From Octopus sinensis (taxonomy: Eukaryota): a stretch of 64,000 nt of DNA. Below the pieces are notes generated by a model. It was not told the DNA's origin and made no database searches. It was given only the letters and a program-made list of their open reading frames with translations. The DNA lies in the NCBI RefSeq assembly GCF_006345805.1, contig NC_043014.1, positions 39,432,001 to 39,496,000 on the forward strand, in the 5' to 3' direction. This document shows, in pieces, positions 38,021 through 52,368 of this stretch (position 1 is the first letter of the stretch; each line of letters starts with the position of its first letter). The position numbers were made by a program, and so were the translations under genes.

Positions 38021-39271
38021 AATGGGCTTCTTACAGTTTCTGTCCACCAAATCTACTCACAAGGCTTTGGTTGGCCTGAGGCTATAGTAGAAGACACTTG
38101 CCCAATGTGTCATACAGTGGGATCGAACCTGCAAACACGTCGTTGGTAAGCAAGATTCTTATTGCACTGCCATGCCTGCGCCAGAAATGTCCACAAGCAG
38201 GTGAATGGGGTTCACAGAAACCCATCCAATACGTCCCAAGATATTCATGAATTACTATTAACTAACTCACAGTATATATTTCTTTACTACCTACAAGGGG
38301 CTAAAAAAAAGGGGGACAAACAAGGACAGACAAAGGGATTAAGTCGATTACATCGACTCCAGTGCGTAACTGGTACTTAATTTATCGACCCCGAAATGAT
38401 GAAAAGCAAAGTAGACCTCGGCAGAATTTGAACTAGAACGTAATGGCAGACGAAATACGTCTATGCATTTCGCCCGATGTGAGTCCCACCTACCACAAAG
38501 GCACGCTTCAATTACAAACGCCCATCGACTGCTTTTCGACCATGAAGTTTGGTCTCAATAGAAGTAATAACTCTACTCTGAAGGCAAATCCAAACTTTCA
38601 TTGGTTAGCATGGCTGACAGCTGCCCCATACGAAAATTAGCATTTAGCACCGTATATAATTGGTATATTTGTGTAGCGTTTATACATTCTTCAATCTAAT
38701 TGTTATTCATTTTATCACTCGTTTGTTCATTAATTCAGTTTTAATTGCTTATTCATTTTAATTACTTATAGGTCAATTGATCCGATTGGGCATAAAAAAA
38801 CGTATGCAAATACATATTGTATATATGTATTGTATATATATATGTACGTATGTGTAAGTATTAGGATGCACAAACATACATACATATATATATGGATACA
38901 GAATTATATATATATATATATGTGTGTGTTCTTATATATATATATATATATATGATAAACGTGCATACAAAAAAATGAAGTGGACAGACGTATACATGAG
39001 CTCATAGAAATTTTCTCCAGTCCATTAAGAGTTACCTCTCTTTATTAAGAGAACGACCACATATTTGCTGTCAGCCATCTTTTTGTCATCCAGAGCGAGA
39101 TGTTTGAAAGACTAGGATTTTCCTGTCTAGCAAAACTCGTTTGTTCATTAATGCCCAACAAACCCACTTATACACATATTCACACACACCCCTAAATTAT
39201 GGGGACGTAAACAAACCAACACTAGTTGTGAGACAGTGGGGGTTGGGGAAACAAACACACATATACACATA

Positions 39272-39679
39272 TACTCTTTTACTGGTTTCAGTCATTTGAC
39301 TGCGGCCATGCTGGAGCACCGCCTTTAGTCGAGGAAATCGACCCCCCCCCCAGGACTTATTCTTTGTAAGCCTAGTACTTATTCCATCGGTCTCTTTTGC
39401 CGAACCGCTAAGTTACGGGGACGTAAACACACCAGCATCGGTTGTCAAACGATGTTGGGGGGACAAACACAGACACACAAACACACACACACACATATAT
39501 ATATACATATATACGACGGGCTTCTTTCAGTTTCCGTCTACCAAATCCACTCACAAGGCTTTGGGCGGCTCGAGGCTATAGTAGAAGACACTTGCCCAAG
39601 GTGCCACGCAGTGGGACTGAACCCGGAACCATGTGGTTGGTAAGCAAGCTACTTACCTCACACAGCCACTCCTGCGCCT
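39272..39679 (-). mobile_element. SINE family B, full length (others at ~37740-38180, 40150-40572, 43763-44112, 52117-52527, 62437-62842 on -, and head-only copies at 28013-28170 and 45730-45890 on +)
   Basis: Matches 2706-3112 along its length. Confidence 0.88.
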
Positions 39680-40357
39680 ATGTGGAGTGTTCAGGATGAA
39701 TTTGACAATTTTTTGTCTCTTTTTTTTTCTGGAATAGCTTGATGTATTGGGGACCAGCCAACGGCTTTGGAGAGCATAAAGGTTCAAGTTGCAGTTGAGA
39801 AAAAGTTAGCTGACATGGAGGACTGGAAGTCATCAAAATATTGGAAAAGAGTTACCTGTATCATAATGATTCAAGCCAGGTATCAAAAAGGTTTCTTTTA
39901 TGCAAACTGTCAAACTTAGGTGGAAAAACCTGTATGATAGTGTTCTTTCAGTTTCCCCTATATCAAATCTATTCACAAGAATTTGGTCAGTCCAGAGCTA
40001 TAATAGAAGACACTTGCCCAAGGTGCTGCACAGTGGGTCTGATCCCAAAACCACATTTAAGAAGATAGCTTCTTATCCACATAACTATGGCTGCACCTAC
40101 ATATATACATATACACACACATAAATTTTCATTATTGTCATCATTTTTTACTTTTTACTTGTTTCAGTCATGTGACTGTGGCCATGCTGGAGCACCGCCT
40201 TTAGTTGAGCAAATCGACCCTGGGACTTATTCTTTGTAAGCCTAGTACTTATTCTATCAGACTCTTTTGCCGAACTGCTAAGTTACGGGGACGTAAACAC
40301 ACCAGCATCGGTTGTCAAGAGATGTTGGCTGGACAAACACAGACACACTGACATATG

Positions 40358-40405
<48 letters not shown>

Positions 40406-41190
40406 TAGGACGGGCTTCTTTCAGTTTCTGTCTATCAAATCCACTCACAAGGCTTTGGTCGGCCCGAGGCTATAGTAGAAAACACTTGCCCAAGATGCCA
40501 CACAGTGGGACTTGAACCCGGAACCATGTGGTTGGTAAGCAAGCTACTTACCACACAGCCACTCCTACGCCTATTTTTATGTATGCTTTCCAAGATGAAA
40601 TGGGGTGGACGTTTTGACAGTATCCAACAGTTCAGAACACTACACCTTGTTCCAGTCTCTCAGTGTTGACATTGTTGCTATGGCTGGATGCCCTTCCTAA
40701 TGCCAACCCCTTTACAGAATGTACAAGCACAACGCATAATACCCATAATGTGTATACATACATGCATACATACATACATATTCTTTTATTCTTTCCTTTA
40801 CTTGTTTCAGTCATTTGACTGTGGCCATGCTAGAGCACTGCCTGTATAAACAATGTATTTGTTGTTAATTAATCTGTTAATTAATCGAAAAATACAAAAC
40901 ATTTACTAATGGTGAGATTCTAATTCTTTTAGTTCAATCAAATTTATTAGTGGTTTTGTGTTGACAGGGACTTCAAGTTTAACAGTTTAAGACTTTGCTT
41001 TAACTGCTTGTTCAACCAGTTGATCAAGCAGCTTAGGCAAAATTTAAGTCCCTGTCCAGTTAAGGGTGAAAGCAGTTAAGGTAAACATTTATGTTATTGA
41101 GTCTCTGTCCAACCCATTCTAGCACGGGAAAGTTAACATCAACAAATTAACTAGTAATGGAATCATGAAGAGTTACAAAGTTATATATGA

Positions 41191-42075
41191 TACAAGGTCT
41201 GATCAATAAGTATCTGGAATGGTGCCATAGTGACGAAGCTGAAGCACACAGAGTAAAGCTGTTTGGTAAAAATTGACTTTGAACTCTGCTGTGCATGTAC
41301 ACTAAGTTTTAATGTTCTAGCTCATACTGTTTACGGCAATACTTCAAAGGAAGGTGTGTAGCATGTGATCGTTGCATTGTCCATGACAGAGAAAGTTGTC
41401 AAGGTGATACCTGCTCAGAGGCCTACGCAAAGTTGCAGAAAGTGTATGGAGTGGATTGTATGAGCCACACACAAGTGTACGTGTGGTTCAGACATTCCCA
41501 AGATGGCTGACAAAATGTTGATACTGACAAACATTCTGGGAGACCTGCAACCAACAGAACTGAGAAAAACATCACAGAGGTGCATGCAGCTGTGAGGGTA
41601 AATCATCGAATCACCATTTGCCAGCTATCAGAGGATGTGCAGATTACAGTTCAGTTCAGTCCATTATCACTGAAGATTTGAGTATGAGACGCGTGTCTGC
41701 CACGTTTGTGCCAAAACTGCTTTCAGCTGACCATAAATACACTCAGGTTTCAGTTGCACATGATCTTGATTGTGTTGAGAATGACGAAAATTTTTGAAAC
41801 CTTTGTGTATGCTTCTGAGCAGGTATCACCAAGCTTTTGGCAAAATTTGATGCAGATTCTCTGCTCATCTGTCTCTGTCATGGTCAATGCAATAATCACA
41901 CACTACATACCTTCCTTCCAAGCATTGCTGTAAACAGCAGAAGTGAGCTAGAACGTTAAGACTTAGTGTGCATGCACAGCAGAGTTTAATGTCAATATGT
42001 GCCAAGCAGCTTCACTCTGTGCCTTAGTTTCATTACTATGGCAACAGTCTGGATACTTATTGATCAGGCCACATA
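41191..42075. mobile_element. Mariner derivative built from two inverted 5' ends (arms ~245-275 bp)
   Basis: TA-flanked. The left arm runs into transposase N-terminal coding sequence (GDTCSEAYAKLQKVYG...SGRP...RRVSATFVPKLL). The right arm, read on the minus strand, gives MTETDEQRICIKFCQKLGDTCSEAYTK. Confidence 0.88.
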
Positions 42076-44914
42076 CTTCTGCAACCTAGGGTCACTAACA
42101 CAATCCCACTGTTTTTCTAAATAAACTGTACTATTATTAGGAAATAAATGAAAAGTGAATATTATAGTGCTTTGTGTGTTTGTGTGTGTGAGTATATGTT
42201 TTCATTTATTTTGTTTTATGTGTTCCAGCCCAAAGGCTCAGGCCATGTTGGAGCATTGCCACTTTAGAAAAATATAGAATGCTTCATGAATTTGCATGTC
42301 ATCCTTGTGTGTGTGTGTGTGTATGTGTGTGTGTGTGTATGTGTTCTTCATTAGTTAAAATAACTCTCAGTACAATTATCTATGTTTCGACACAATCTCA
42401 GTTCAAGTCATTTGCCTAATGATGTACAACTCACATATTTTATTTTAAATATTTCTAAATTAAAAATAGAAAGAATTTAGAAAATTTTTTTTAAATATCA
42501 AATCTAAATATATCTGTCTGTTAACAAAATATTGTTGTGATACACATAGCTCCTACTTTACTGAAGAGAGAGAGAGAGAGAGACAATATAATGGTAACTC
42601 ATCTATTTTATACTTGTTTTTGCAGTCATTTGACTGTGGCCGTGCTGGGGCAATCCTTTAAAGAGTTGAGTCAAAACAAATTGACCTCAGTACTTATTTT
42701 CGAAGTTTGGTACTTATTCTATGAGCCCAACTGCTAAGTTACAAGGACATAAACAAACCTACACTGATTACCAAGTGGTAGAGATGGGCGAGGGGCAGAC
42801 AAACACAAGCACACACATGATGGGCTTCTACACTGTTTCTACTTGCCAAGTTCACTTACTAGGTACTGGTTGTCCCAGGGCTATAGTAAAAGACACTTGC
42901 CCAACCCCAAATCCCATGACTGAAAAGTGAACTTAACCACACCACCACGCCCATGCATGCATCATAAACTTATTAAGTTCTTAATTAAAATTTTTTTTTT
43001 AATTGAAAGAGGTCAGTGCCCACAGTACCCTTGACCTTTGACTTGACAGAGCCCCCGAGACTAGTACAGGTGAAGGAGAAAGTATCCTCAAACCAGACAT
43101 TTGGCCTGAAGTCATGCAACAGAGGAAAGTCTGCTAAAGGTATCCAAAGTGCCAAGTTTAACAGCATGTTAAATAAAACAGTGTGATAGATTGAGTCCAC
43201 AACCAAAGTTCCTTCTAGTTTTTCTTTTTTTTTTTTTGCAAAGGATCATTATCATCATCATAATTTTCCATGTCCATTTTCCATGCTGGCATGAGTTGGA
43301 TGATTTGATAGGAGCTGGCCAGCCGGAGTTGCACCAGGCTTCAATTGTCTCTTTTGTCATTGCTCCTACAGCCAGATGCCCTTCCTAACATCAACCTCTC
43401 TACAAAGTACACTAAGTGCTTTTTATGAGGCACCAGCATGGATATTTTATATGTGGCACTGGCACAGGTGATCTTTATGTGGTAATGGCATGGCATGGGT
43501 GCTTTTTATGTAGCACTGGCATTGGTACTTTTACATGGCACCAACACAAGAGTTTTTTTGTTTTTTTTGTGGAACCAGTATGGGTTCCATTTATGCGGCA
43601 CCAGCATGGCTGAACACAAAAATTCACTTCATTTCAAACTTTGGGGCTTCTTTTTTTTATTGCAATTTTGAGTTTTTTTTTATTGATGCAAGTAACTATC
43701 AATCAAGTTTCTTCAGTTAAAAATTTTGATTTCATCTCGGAAACCTTATATACACTTTTACACTTTTACTTGTTTCAGTCATTTGACTGGGGCCATGCTG
43801 GAGCACCACCTTTAGTTGACCAAATCGACCCCGGGACTTATTCTTTGTAAGCCTAGTACTTATTCTATCAGTCTCTTTTGCCGAACCGCTAAGTTACGGG
43901 GACCTAAACAAGCGATGTTGGGGAAACAAACGCAGACACACAAACATATGTATATACACATATATACGATAGGCTTCTTTCAGTTTCTATCAACCAAATC
44001 CACTCACAAGGCTTTGATCGGCCCGAGGCTATAGTAAAAGGTGTCACGCAGCAGGATTGAACCTCAAACCATGTGGTTGGTAAGCAAGCTACTTTACTAC
44101 ACAGCCACTCCTGTGCACATATTCTTTCCTTGTGCTTTAGATGTAAAACATGTGTGCATGCACACAGTTTAGAGAGAACACTGTCTACTGCTCATGCAGA
44201 CCATTATGGGATTTAAACATAGAACGGAAAGAATTGAAATCCTGCAAATCATCTGGTCCAATGTTCTTACATCATCTTCGTTGTTCTAATATCCATTTTT
44301 CCATACTTGTATAGATCAGGCGCAGTTTATTGAGACAGTTTCTTTTTTGTAGTTAGATGTCCTTCTTGTTGCTAACACTGACCTCTTTCCAAGTAAGGTA
44401 ATATTTTCCTGTAGCCAGACATGTTTCTGCAGAATATTGGAAATGACTGGACACCACTTGCGTGACAGTGACACTCATTTACAGCTATGATGCAATGTCA
44501 AGACAAGTAAAACACACACACACACACATACACAAGATATATGAAGGTTTCCTTTCAAAATCCACCTACCATAAGGTTTTGGTTAGCCTGGAGTAAAACA
44601 ACAGTAGACATTTGCCCAAGGTTGCCATGCAGTGGGACTGAACCCAAAACCATCTGGTTGGGAAGCAAACTTCTTAACCACAGAGCCATTGCCAGCACCA
44701 ATCTCATAATTCTTACAGCTCTACCAATTCACCTTGCAGGGTTGGTATTTTTTTTTATCAATACAGAAAGGATGAAAAGCAAAGCTAACCTCAGCAGGAT
44801 TTGAACTCAAAATGCAGAGAGCTGAAACAAAAACTGCAAAGCAATCTTTTCTGTTCAGTGTGCTAAAAACTCTGCCAAATCATTGATTTGCTGTATATTT
44901 GAAGGATAGGATTG

Positions 44915-45075
44915 GATTGCCTATGTTTAGTCCACTGCAGGACGAAGGCCTCAGCATATTCTCTCCACCAACCATAGTCTGATGTGGAGGCTGGGAATTT
45001 GAGCTTAAGGTCATGTTGGTTTGATGAGCCTACTCTTCCACACTGGTTCACCACGGCTTGGCAGACGGATGCAGT
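44915..45075 (-). mobile_element. Probable 3' end of an RTE-type LINE
   Basis: WWREYAEAFVLQWT resembles the EA(F/Y)V.QWT terminus of RTE ORFs. Confidence 0.45.
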
Positions 45076-45099
45076 TTTTATTTTTATACTCATACCTAG

Positions 45100-45665
45100 G
45101 AGTAGTTAAGTTGATTACATTGACCCCAGTATTCAACTGGTACTTATTTTATCAACCCCAGAAGGATGACAGGCTAAGTCAACCTCAGGAGAATTTGAAC
45201 TCAGAATGTAAAGACAGATGAAATACCTCTTAGCATTTCACCCGGTGTGCTAACAATTTTTTTCTACTCTAGGCAAAAGGCCCAAAATTTGGTGGGAGGA
45301 GGCCAGTTGATTAGATTGAACTCAGTATGCAACTGGTACTTACTTTACTGACCCCAAAAGATGAAAGATAAAGTTGACCTCGGTGGAATTTGAACTCAGA
45401 ACGTAAAGACAGATAAAATACCTCTTAGCATTTCACCCGGTGTGCTAACGATTGTTTTCTACTCTAGGCACAAGGCCCAAAATTTTGGGGTAGGAGGCCA
45501 GTTGATTAGATTGAACCCAGTATGCAACTGGTACTTACTTTATCAACCCCAAAGGGATGAAAGGCAAAGTCGACCGTGGCAGAATTTGAACTCAGAACAC
45601 ACAGACAGATGAACTACCGCTAAGCATTTTGCCCAGCATGCTAACATTTCTGCCAGCTTGCCACC
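45100..45665 (-). mobile_element. Three tandem SINE family A-like units
   Basis: Repeated ttgaactcagaa / aaggcaaagtcgac / actggtactta blocks. Confidence 0.75.
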
Positions 45666-45884
45666 TTATTTATTTGACATCTCATTTAATTATTATGCTT
45701 TTAAATTTAAGAACTGATTATATAAGTGCTGGTGTAGCTGAGTGGTTAGAAGCTTGCTTCTTAACCATGTATTCTTGAGTTCAGTCCCACTGTATGGTAC
45801 CTTTGGCAAGTGTCTTCTACTGTATCCCTAAACTGACCAAATCCTTGAGTGGATTTGGTAGATGGAAACTGAAAGAAGCCCAAC

Positions 45885-45922
<38 letters not shown>

Positions 45923-46320
45923 TGTGTGGTGTGTACCCCTTATCTTAACATCACAGGATGGTTGTAAACGAGCATCACCATCATACAAGCGATGTAGTGC
46001 ATTTCCATTCTTCTTTGGAAGTCACGTTTGGCCAGGGGAAGTTTTACCTTGCTTGGGAACAGTTGAGGGTTGGTGAGAGGAAAGGTATCCAGCTGTAGAA
46101 AATCTGCCCCAATAAACTCCATTTGATCCATGCAAGCATAGGAAAATGGATATTAAACAATGAGGATGATTCACATTTTTAGTTGTGTCTGCCCTTGTAT
46201 TTGGGTGCTTGTACATTTTAGTGTATGAGTATTTAATATCATATACTACATTACTACATTATGTTAATGGGTAGGTTTATTTTCATGCAGCTATATTTAT
46301 GTATGTATATTATATTATAT

Positions 46321-46388
<68 letters not shown>

Positions 46389-46709
46389 TATAATGTCCAA
46401 CCCATGCTAGCATGGAAAATGGACGCTAAATGAATATATAATATATATACCCATACACATTGTCAAATTGGAGTGCTGTGACTATTGGGAAGGAACAAAC
46501 AAAACATGGGTTAAATTGAATTAAAACTGAGTATATATTAAAAACAAAAAAAAACAACAAAAAGTAGAATGTCAAAACAAATAGGGGAAAGCAAAAAACA
46601 TAACATAAAAGCAACATTCAAAAACAGAATGAAAAAAAATAGATAAATCTCAAGGGATAATGAAAATTAAACTACATCAAGCAAACAGTACTACAGTGGT
46701 AACTATATG

Positions 46710-46757
<48 letters not shown>

Positions 46758-49489
46758 ATACTACAGAGTAAAAAAAATTTAACAAGCAAAAACAAACAAC
46801 CTACAAAACTAAAATAAAATCACTGTGTTAGATACACCATAAGCAATATTATTTAGGATTACAGCATGACAGATTACATTTCAGTTTTTAATCCAAGAAT
46901 AAATTTGGAGAAGCAAATGAAAAGGCAAGAAGCTAAGCAAGCTAAAAATTGAAAATGAAAAAGTTTCAAAAGGGAATGATATTTTCTTTTTCGTACCACA
47001 TATGTTAAAATTAAAATAAAGTCTGGTTACACGCAATTGAAGAAAAGTTTAAATTAAGATAGTCATCTATGTCTCATACTTAATGTAATATTACAGTAAC
47101 TAGTGTATCATGAATGTGTATGCATTAAGTATGATACATAGATGGCTATTTTAAAATAAAATAATTTTTTTTGTTTTTGTTTTTTTTAATAAATATTTCT
47201 GAGTGCTCAATGCTATTAGGGCTGAGCTTTTGCTTACCCATTTTTCTATTCCATAAATAGTAATAAATAATCTTTAGTCGTTGTATAGAACTTTGTATTT
47301 GATACTGTGTTCGTTGATTGAAATCTATTAATGCAGTTTGTGAAATACTTGAGAGAATATTTGTCAATCATCACTGCTACAAGAACTATTGCATATCAGA
47401 ATAGAATTTCATCCTTATTTCAGTTGATGCCAAAAATGATGCCCCTACTGTTGTAACTAGATTATATATATATATCTATAATTAATATGAAATAAAATGA
47501 AATAGAGAAAAAATATAAATTGATGGGAATTTAATTCTCTATAATAAAACCATACCCTTAAAAATATTTTATGATGCACACACCTATATAGATATACATA
47601 TATGTCACCATATTTCATTCCATAATGACCACCTCTGAAGAGTGCAGGGTTACATAATCGCACTGTTATCTTACATTCCGTTGAACCCTTTGTGTGAAAC
47701 TGATTGGTAAGATCGGCCATTATGGATATATAGTACTGTACACTTCAATTAATATATTTATATATATACATACATTCATACATACATACACATATGCATG
47801 CATACAGACATTCAAGTATGCATATGTATACAGTCAAATATCCATACACACACACACATACATTCTTGAATGCTGTCAACTGACTTTTGTGTTTATGACT
47901 ACCTTTTCTGCTCCCTCTTCTTTTCTTTCTAAAATGTAGAGCTTTAAAGGGTTGCACCCCACAGTGATAAAGATATACACAGTATCACAAGATCGTGACT
48001 CCACATACCACGACACCAACAGCTCTTCAACAGAAGATGCTGCTACTTGGATGGAGTTAGCAGCTCTACAGATGTGAAACTTTCTTTCTAAATCAATAAG
48101 GAAGAAAACACAAGTACAAACATGCATATACATACATACACACATGTCTGTACATCTAGTAAAGTAATTTAACAGAGAAAAATATAAACGATATTTCTGT
48201 AAGAGAGTACATAGATAGGTTTCAACACAAGGAGCACTTGTGGAAAATTCTTATCAAAAACTCCTATTGTGTTCTAACATAACACACATGATATAAGGTC
48301 TTTAGGATACAAAAGCAAGTAAATTACTAAAGAAAAAAAATGAAGAATATTTATACAAAACAGCTCTGAAACTTACAGCTCTATTAAATCAATTATATCT
48401 GTAAGTAATGGTGGACTCAGCTACCTTATGGAATGTCTTAGAGTTAGTCATGAAAAATAAGAAAAGCTGCAGCTCTCAGCCAAAGAAAGTTACCAGCTGA
48501 CATGCACTTTGCAAATGCAATCTGAAAGCGGAACAGAAAAAGTATACAAGACACTTCTAAGTTCAATGAGAAACTTCACTTGAAGGGTTTTGTTCCATTG
48601 TTAGCAAGAAAGAATTGAAAACACACACACACACTATATATATATATATATATTTATAAATAAGGGCTAAAGAAAAATTTTCTTTGCCAATATGCTGAAA
48701 AATAGACGGTAGATCATCTAACCACATAATATTCACTTATATTATTACACTACATGTTGAAACAAAGAAAGCAAGTTAACAGAAATTCATAAAACTATAG
48801 TTATCTCCAAATCGATTCTGATTTCTGGATTAATCCAAAAAGGATTCTTCCTTCATCAACAAGGAACACAAAATGAAAATAGATAAAATACTTAGACATA
48901 CCCACGGGAAAGCAGATGCCATGTCATGAATACATTTAAACACCCAAAATATATCCAAATAGAAATTCCGTAGCAAACCTTGACACAAGTGTAGTCAGTC
49001 AGGAAACACAAGTGGTGAACTAGTCTCTAAGTGAATGAGAATTAATTTACTTCTAATCATCATCATCATCATCGTTTAATGTTCACTTTCCATGCTAGCA
49101 TGGGTTGGACGATTTTGACTGAGGGCTGGCAAGCCAGATGGCTGCACCAGGCTCCAACTGCACAGATGCTTTTACATGGCACCACATAGGTGCTTTTACG
49201 TGGCACCCCCACAAGTGCTTTACACAACCAGAAAGATTGGCCTTAACACATCTGCTGTGGGGTATGAGTCTTCTTGAGTATGGTCAGGTATCTCAGTCCA
49301 TTGTCATCTTCAGTACTTCATCCTATGTTTTCTGGATCTCCCACTTCCATGTGTTCCATCCTATTTGAGAGATCAGCTCTTCTTTATGGAGCTGTTGGCA
49401 TCCATCCATATTGCAAGAAAACATCCATAAACTAGAAACCCCTAAACTAGACTTAACCTTACAAAAATTAGAACCCCAATGAAGGACAA

Positions 49490-49975
49490 TTCAATTCAAT
49501 TTTTACTGGCTCAAAAAGCAAAAGCAAGGCCATGTAGGGGAACAGGGAGTTATGTACAGGGAGGGTGGTCATACAAAGAGTTCAGGCCATTTCTGGTGAA
49601 GAGAGACTTTGAACCGAGCGGTCGTCGGCATCTTCACTATCTCGTCCAGCAGCTTATTCCACGGATCTGCAACCCGGACGAAGAAAGCCCTTCTCCTTCA
49701 ATTGAGATGAAATCGTCGTAGATAGAGCTTTTTGGAGTGACCCCACAGCCCATGCTCTGGAGCAGGAGTGAAGAACAGCTCTTTCGAGAGGTTACACTTT
49801 CTGCTTATGATGTTGTGAGTGAGAATGAGATCACCATGGCGTCGTCATTTTTCAAGGGAATAAAGGTCGAGTGTCTTCAGCCTTTCTTCATAAGACAAAT
49901 ACTTGAGACCAAGAACCATGCTGGTAGCCAGCTTCTGGACTCTTTCGAGACAATCTCACAATGGTGATGTCTGGT
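49490..49975 (-). mobile_element. CR1-clade LINE 3' fragment
   Basis: [41 protein letters not shown]...GHSKKL...RRAFFVRVADPWNKL, then a short 3'UTR and an (ATTGA)n tail. Confidence 0.9.
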
Positions 49976-50429
49976 ATAGTATATGCAAAAAGAAACTAGC
50001 ATAAACCAAAAAACCAAAAACTTCTAAATAAGTTTAAAACCTATGAGAACTAGAATTTCAATAAAGGACAACTTAGAACTACGAGAACGCAAGATACAAA
50101 AGATTCACAGTTAACAAGCACATCAAACACGCGCATCTATCATCAGCTGCTTAATAGATATCATTGTAGTCTTGACACCTAGACAGAACCACTCAATCTA
50201 GTGATGCCAACTGTGCTAAAAACATAAACGATTGCCTGAGAATTAATAAACACAAAATGAGAGTGAAACATTGAATTATTAGAGTAATATGTCCATTTTG
50301 TCAACACCTGCTTATTGTTACAAATAGAAATATCAAATCTCAAACATAAACCTTTACATAACTATAGCTATGAAGCAGAGAAATTTTAAAATATACATAG
50401 TATATATTAAAATAAATATAAGAGAGTGG

Positions 50430-50870
50430 TCGGTTGAGTCAGAAGTTTTTTCAGATTTTCACAGATATTTTTTGGCAACCAAGTGATATATTATTCTCTT
50501 TCTCTTTTGTTTCATTCGACACACTGCTAATAAGACCAAGTACAAACTCAAGGAACACAAGGGGGCTGGAAGTGCTGCGTCACTCTGCCTATAGTCCAGA
50601 CCTTGCACCATCACATTACCACCTTTCCTGAGCCATGGCACACTTCCTGAGCCATGGACGAAGGTTCAACAATGTAGATGAGGTCGAAAACAGGTGCAGA
50701 GAGTCTTTTGCCTCTAAACCAGCCAAATGGTATAAGCATGGAATTGAGCTTCTGGCAACAGACAATAGAATATGATGGGATATATTTTGATGAATAAATG
50801 CTTTTTGTATGTAATTTATACGCACTATTCATTAAAGCCCAAAATGAAAAATAACTTTTGACTTGATATG
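50430..50870 (+). mobile_element. Internally deleted mariner remnant
   Basis: LEVLRHSAYSPDLAPSHYHL...F.SKPAKWYKHGIE.L; degraded TIRs. Confidence 0.75.
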
Positions 50871-50890
50871 TTGTGTGTGTGTGTGTGTGT

Positions 50891-50952
<62 letters not shown>

Positions 50953-51250
50953 GAGGCGCAATGGCCCAGTGGTTAGGGCAGCAGACTCACGGTCATAGGA
51001 TCGCGGTTTTGATTCCCAGACTGGGCGTTGTGAGTGTTTATTGAGCGAAAACACCTAAAGCTCCACGAGGCTCCGGCAGGGGGTGGTGGTGATCCCTGCT
51101 GTACTCTTTCGCCACAACTTTCTCTCATTCTTTCTTCTGTTGGCCTGCTCGCTTAGCCAGCGGGGAGGCGTCATTTGAAGGCTAAAACAATGCGAAGTGC
51201 ATTGTGACCAGCGATGTGTAGCAACATCTGATAGCCTCGTCAGTCAGGGT
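50953..51250 (+). mobile_element. SINE family C with a different 3' tail
   Basis: Head and body match 3399-3590; the sequence after ~51140 differs. Confidence 0.8.
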
Positions 51251-51267
51251 GGTATATATTTATATAT

Positions 51268-51302
<35 letters not shown>

Positions 51303-52334
51303 GAGAATTGTGATGTAGTGCTTCTGTTATTTCATTCATGTTGCCCATGCTTGTACTGTTAAATATAAGTATCACTATATATACACACATATACACACAC
51401 ATACAGAAATTAGGTTAAGAAAATGAACTTTAGTTTCAGACATTGCTTTGTGAGCTGTCTGTAAAGTTTATTATATACAAGGTCAAGATATCTCATCAGG
51501 ACCAGAGCTACCTTGTAAATTTTTCTATTGCCATCAACAAGGTAGTGGTACTCAGTACATTTACATCTCAACAAGGAAAAACTGTTTCGACCAACTATAT
51601 TACTTTTTCCGCCACCTGTTTCAATGCCAATATAATTTATGACCTGGAACACACCCAACACACTTACAAGAAGAAAAATTGCACATTTAATTAGCTTCAA
51701 CTTATTTGATCAGTTTAACTCTCTCGATACCAATCTACCTGAAACCATCCTTGTTTCTATAATGCCCTAAGGAGTCCCCCCTCTACTAAACACCAGGATA
51801 CAACAAAAGACTACATTTGTTGCTTTGAACAATGCTCAATGTTTGTGAAAGCAGACCTGGAGTAGAGAGAGGATGTCGTTGATAAGATTGTGAATGGTGA
51901 CAGAAGAATTTTTGACAAACCTAGCTGTTTGACTGATTGTAAAAGTTTACCCTAAACTTTACTGTCTTGAGTCCTAGGATCATAGGGCTGGTTAACCAGT
52001 TTCCATGGCATATAAGTGATTGAGATCACATTCCCCCTAGACAAGATGCCAGTTCTTTGCAGGATTACTCATTTACAGCTGAGTGGATTAGAGTTATGTG
52101 AAATGATAGGTTTTACTCTTTACTCGTTTCAGTCATTTGACTGTAGCCATGCTGGAGCACCACCTTTAGTTGAGCAAATCTACCCCAGAACTCATTTTTT
52201 GTAAGCCTAGTACTTATTCTATCAGTCTCTTTTGCCGAACCGCTAAGTTACGGGGATGTAATCACACCAGCATCGGTTGTCAAGTGATGTTGTGGGGACA
52301 AACGCAGACACACAAACATATACACACCTATACA

Positions 52335-52368
<34 letters not shown>

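Noticed and set aside
51410-51700. Signal-peptide-like 96-aa ORF
   Set aside because: It starts at TTG, has no recognisable domain and no coherent splice structure.
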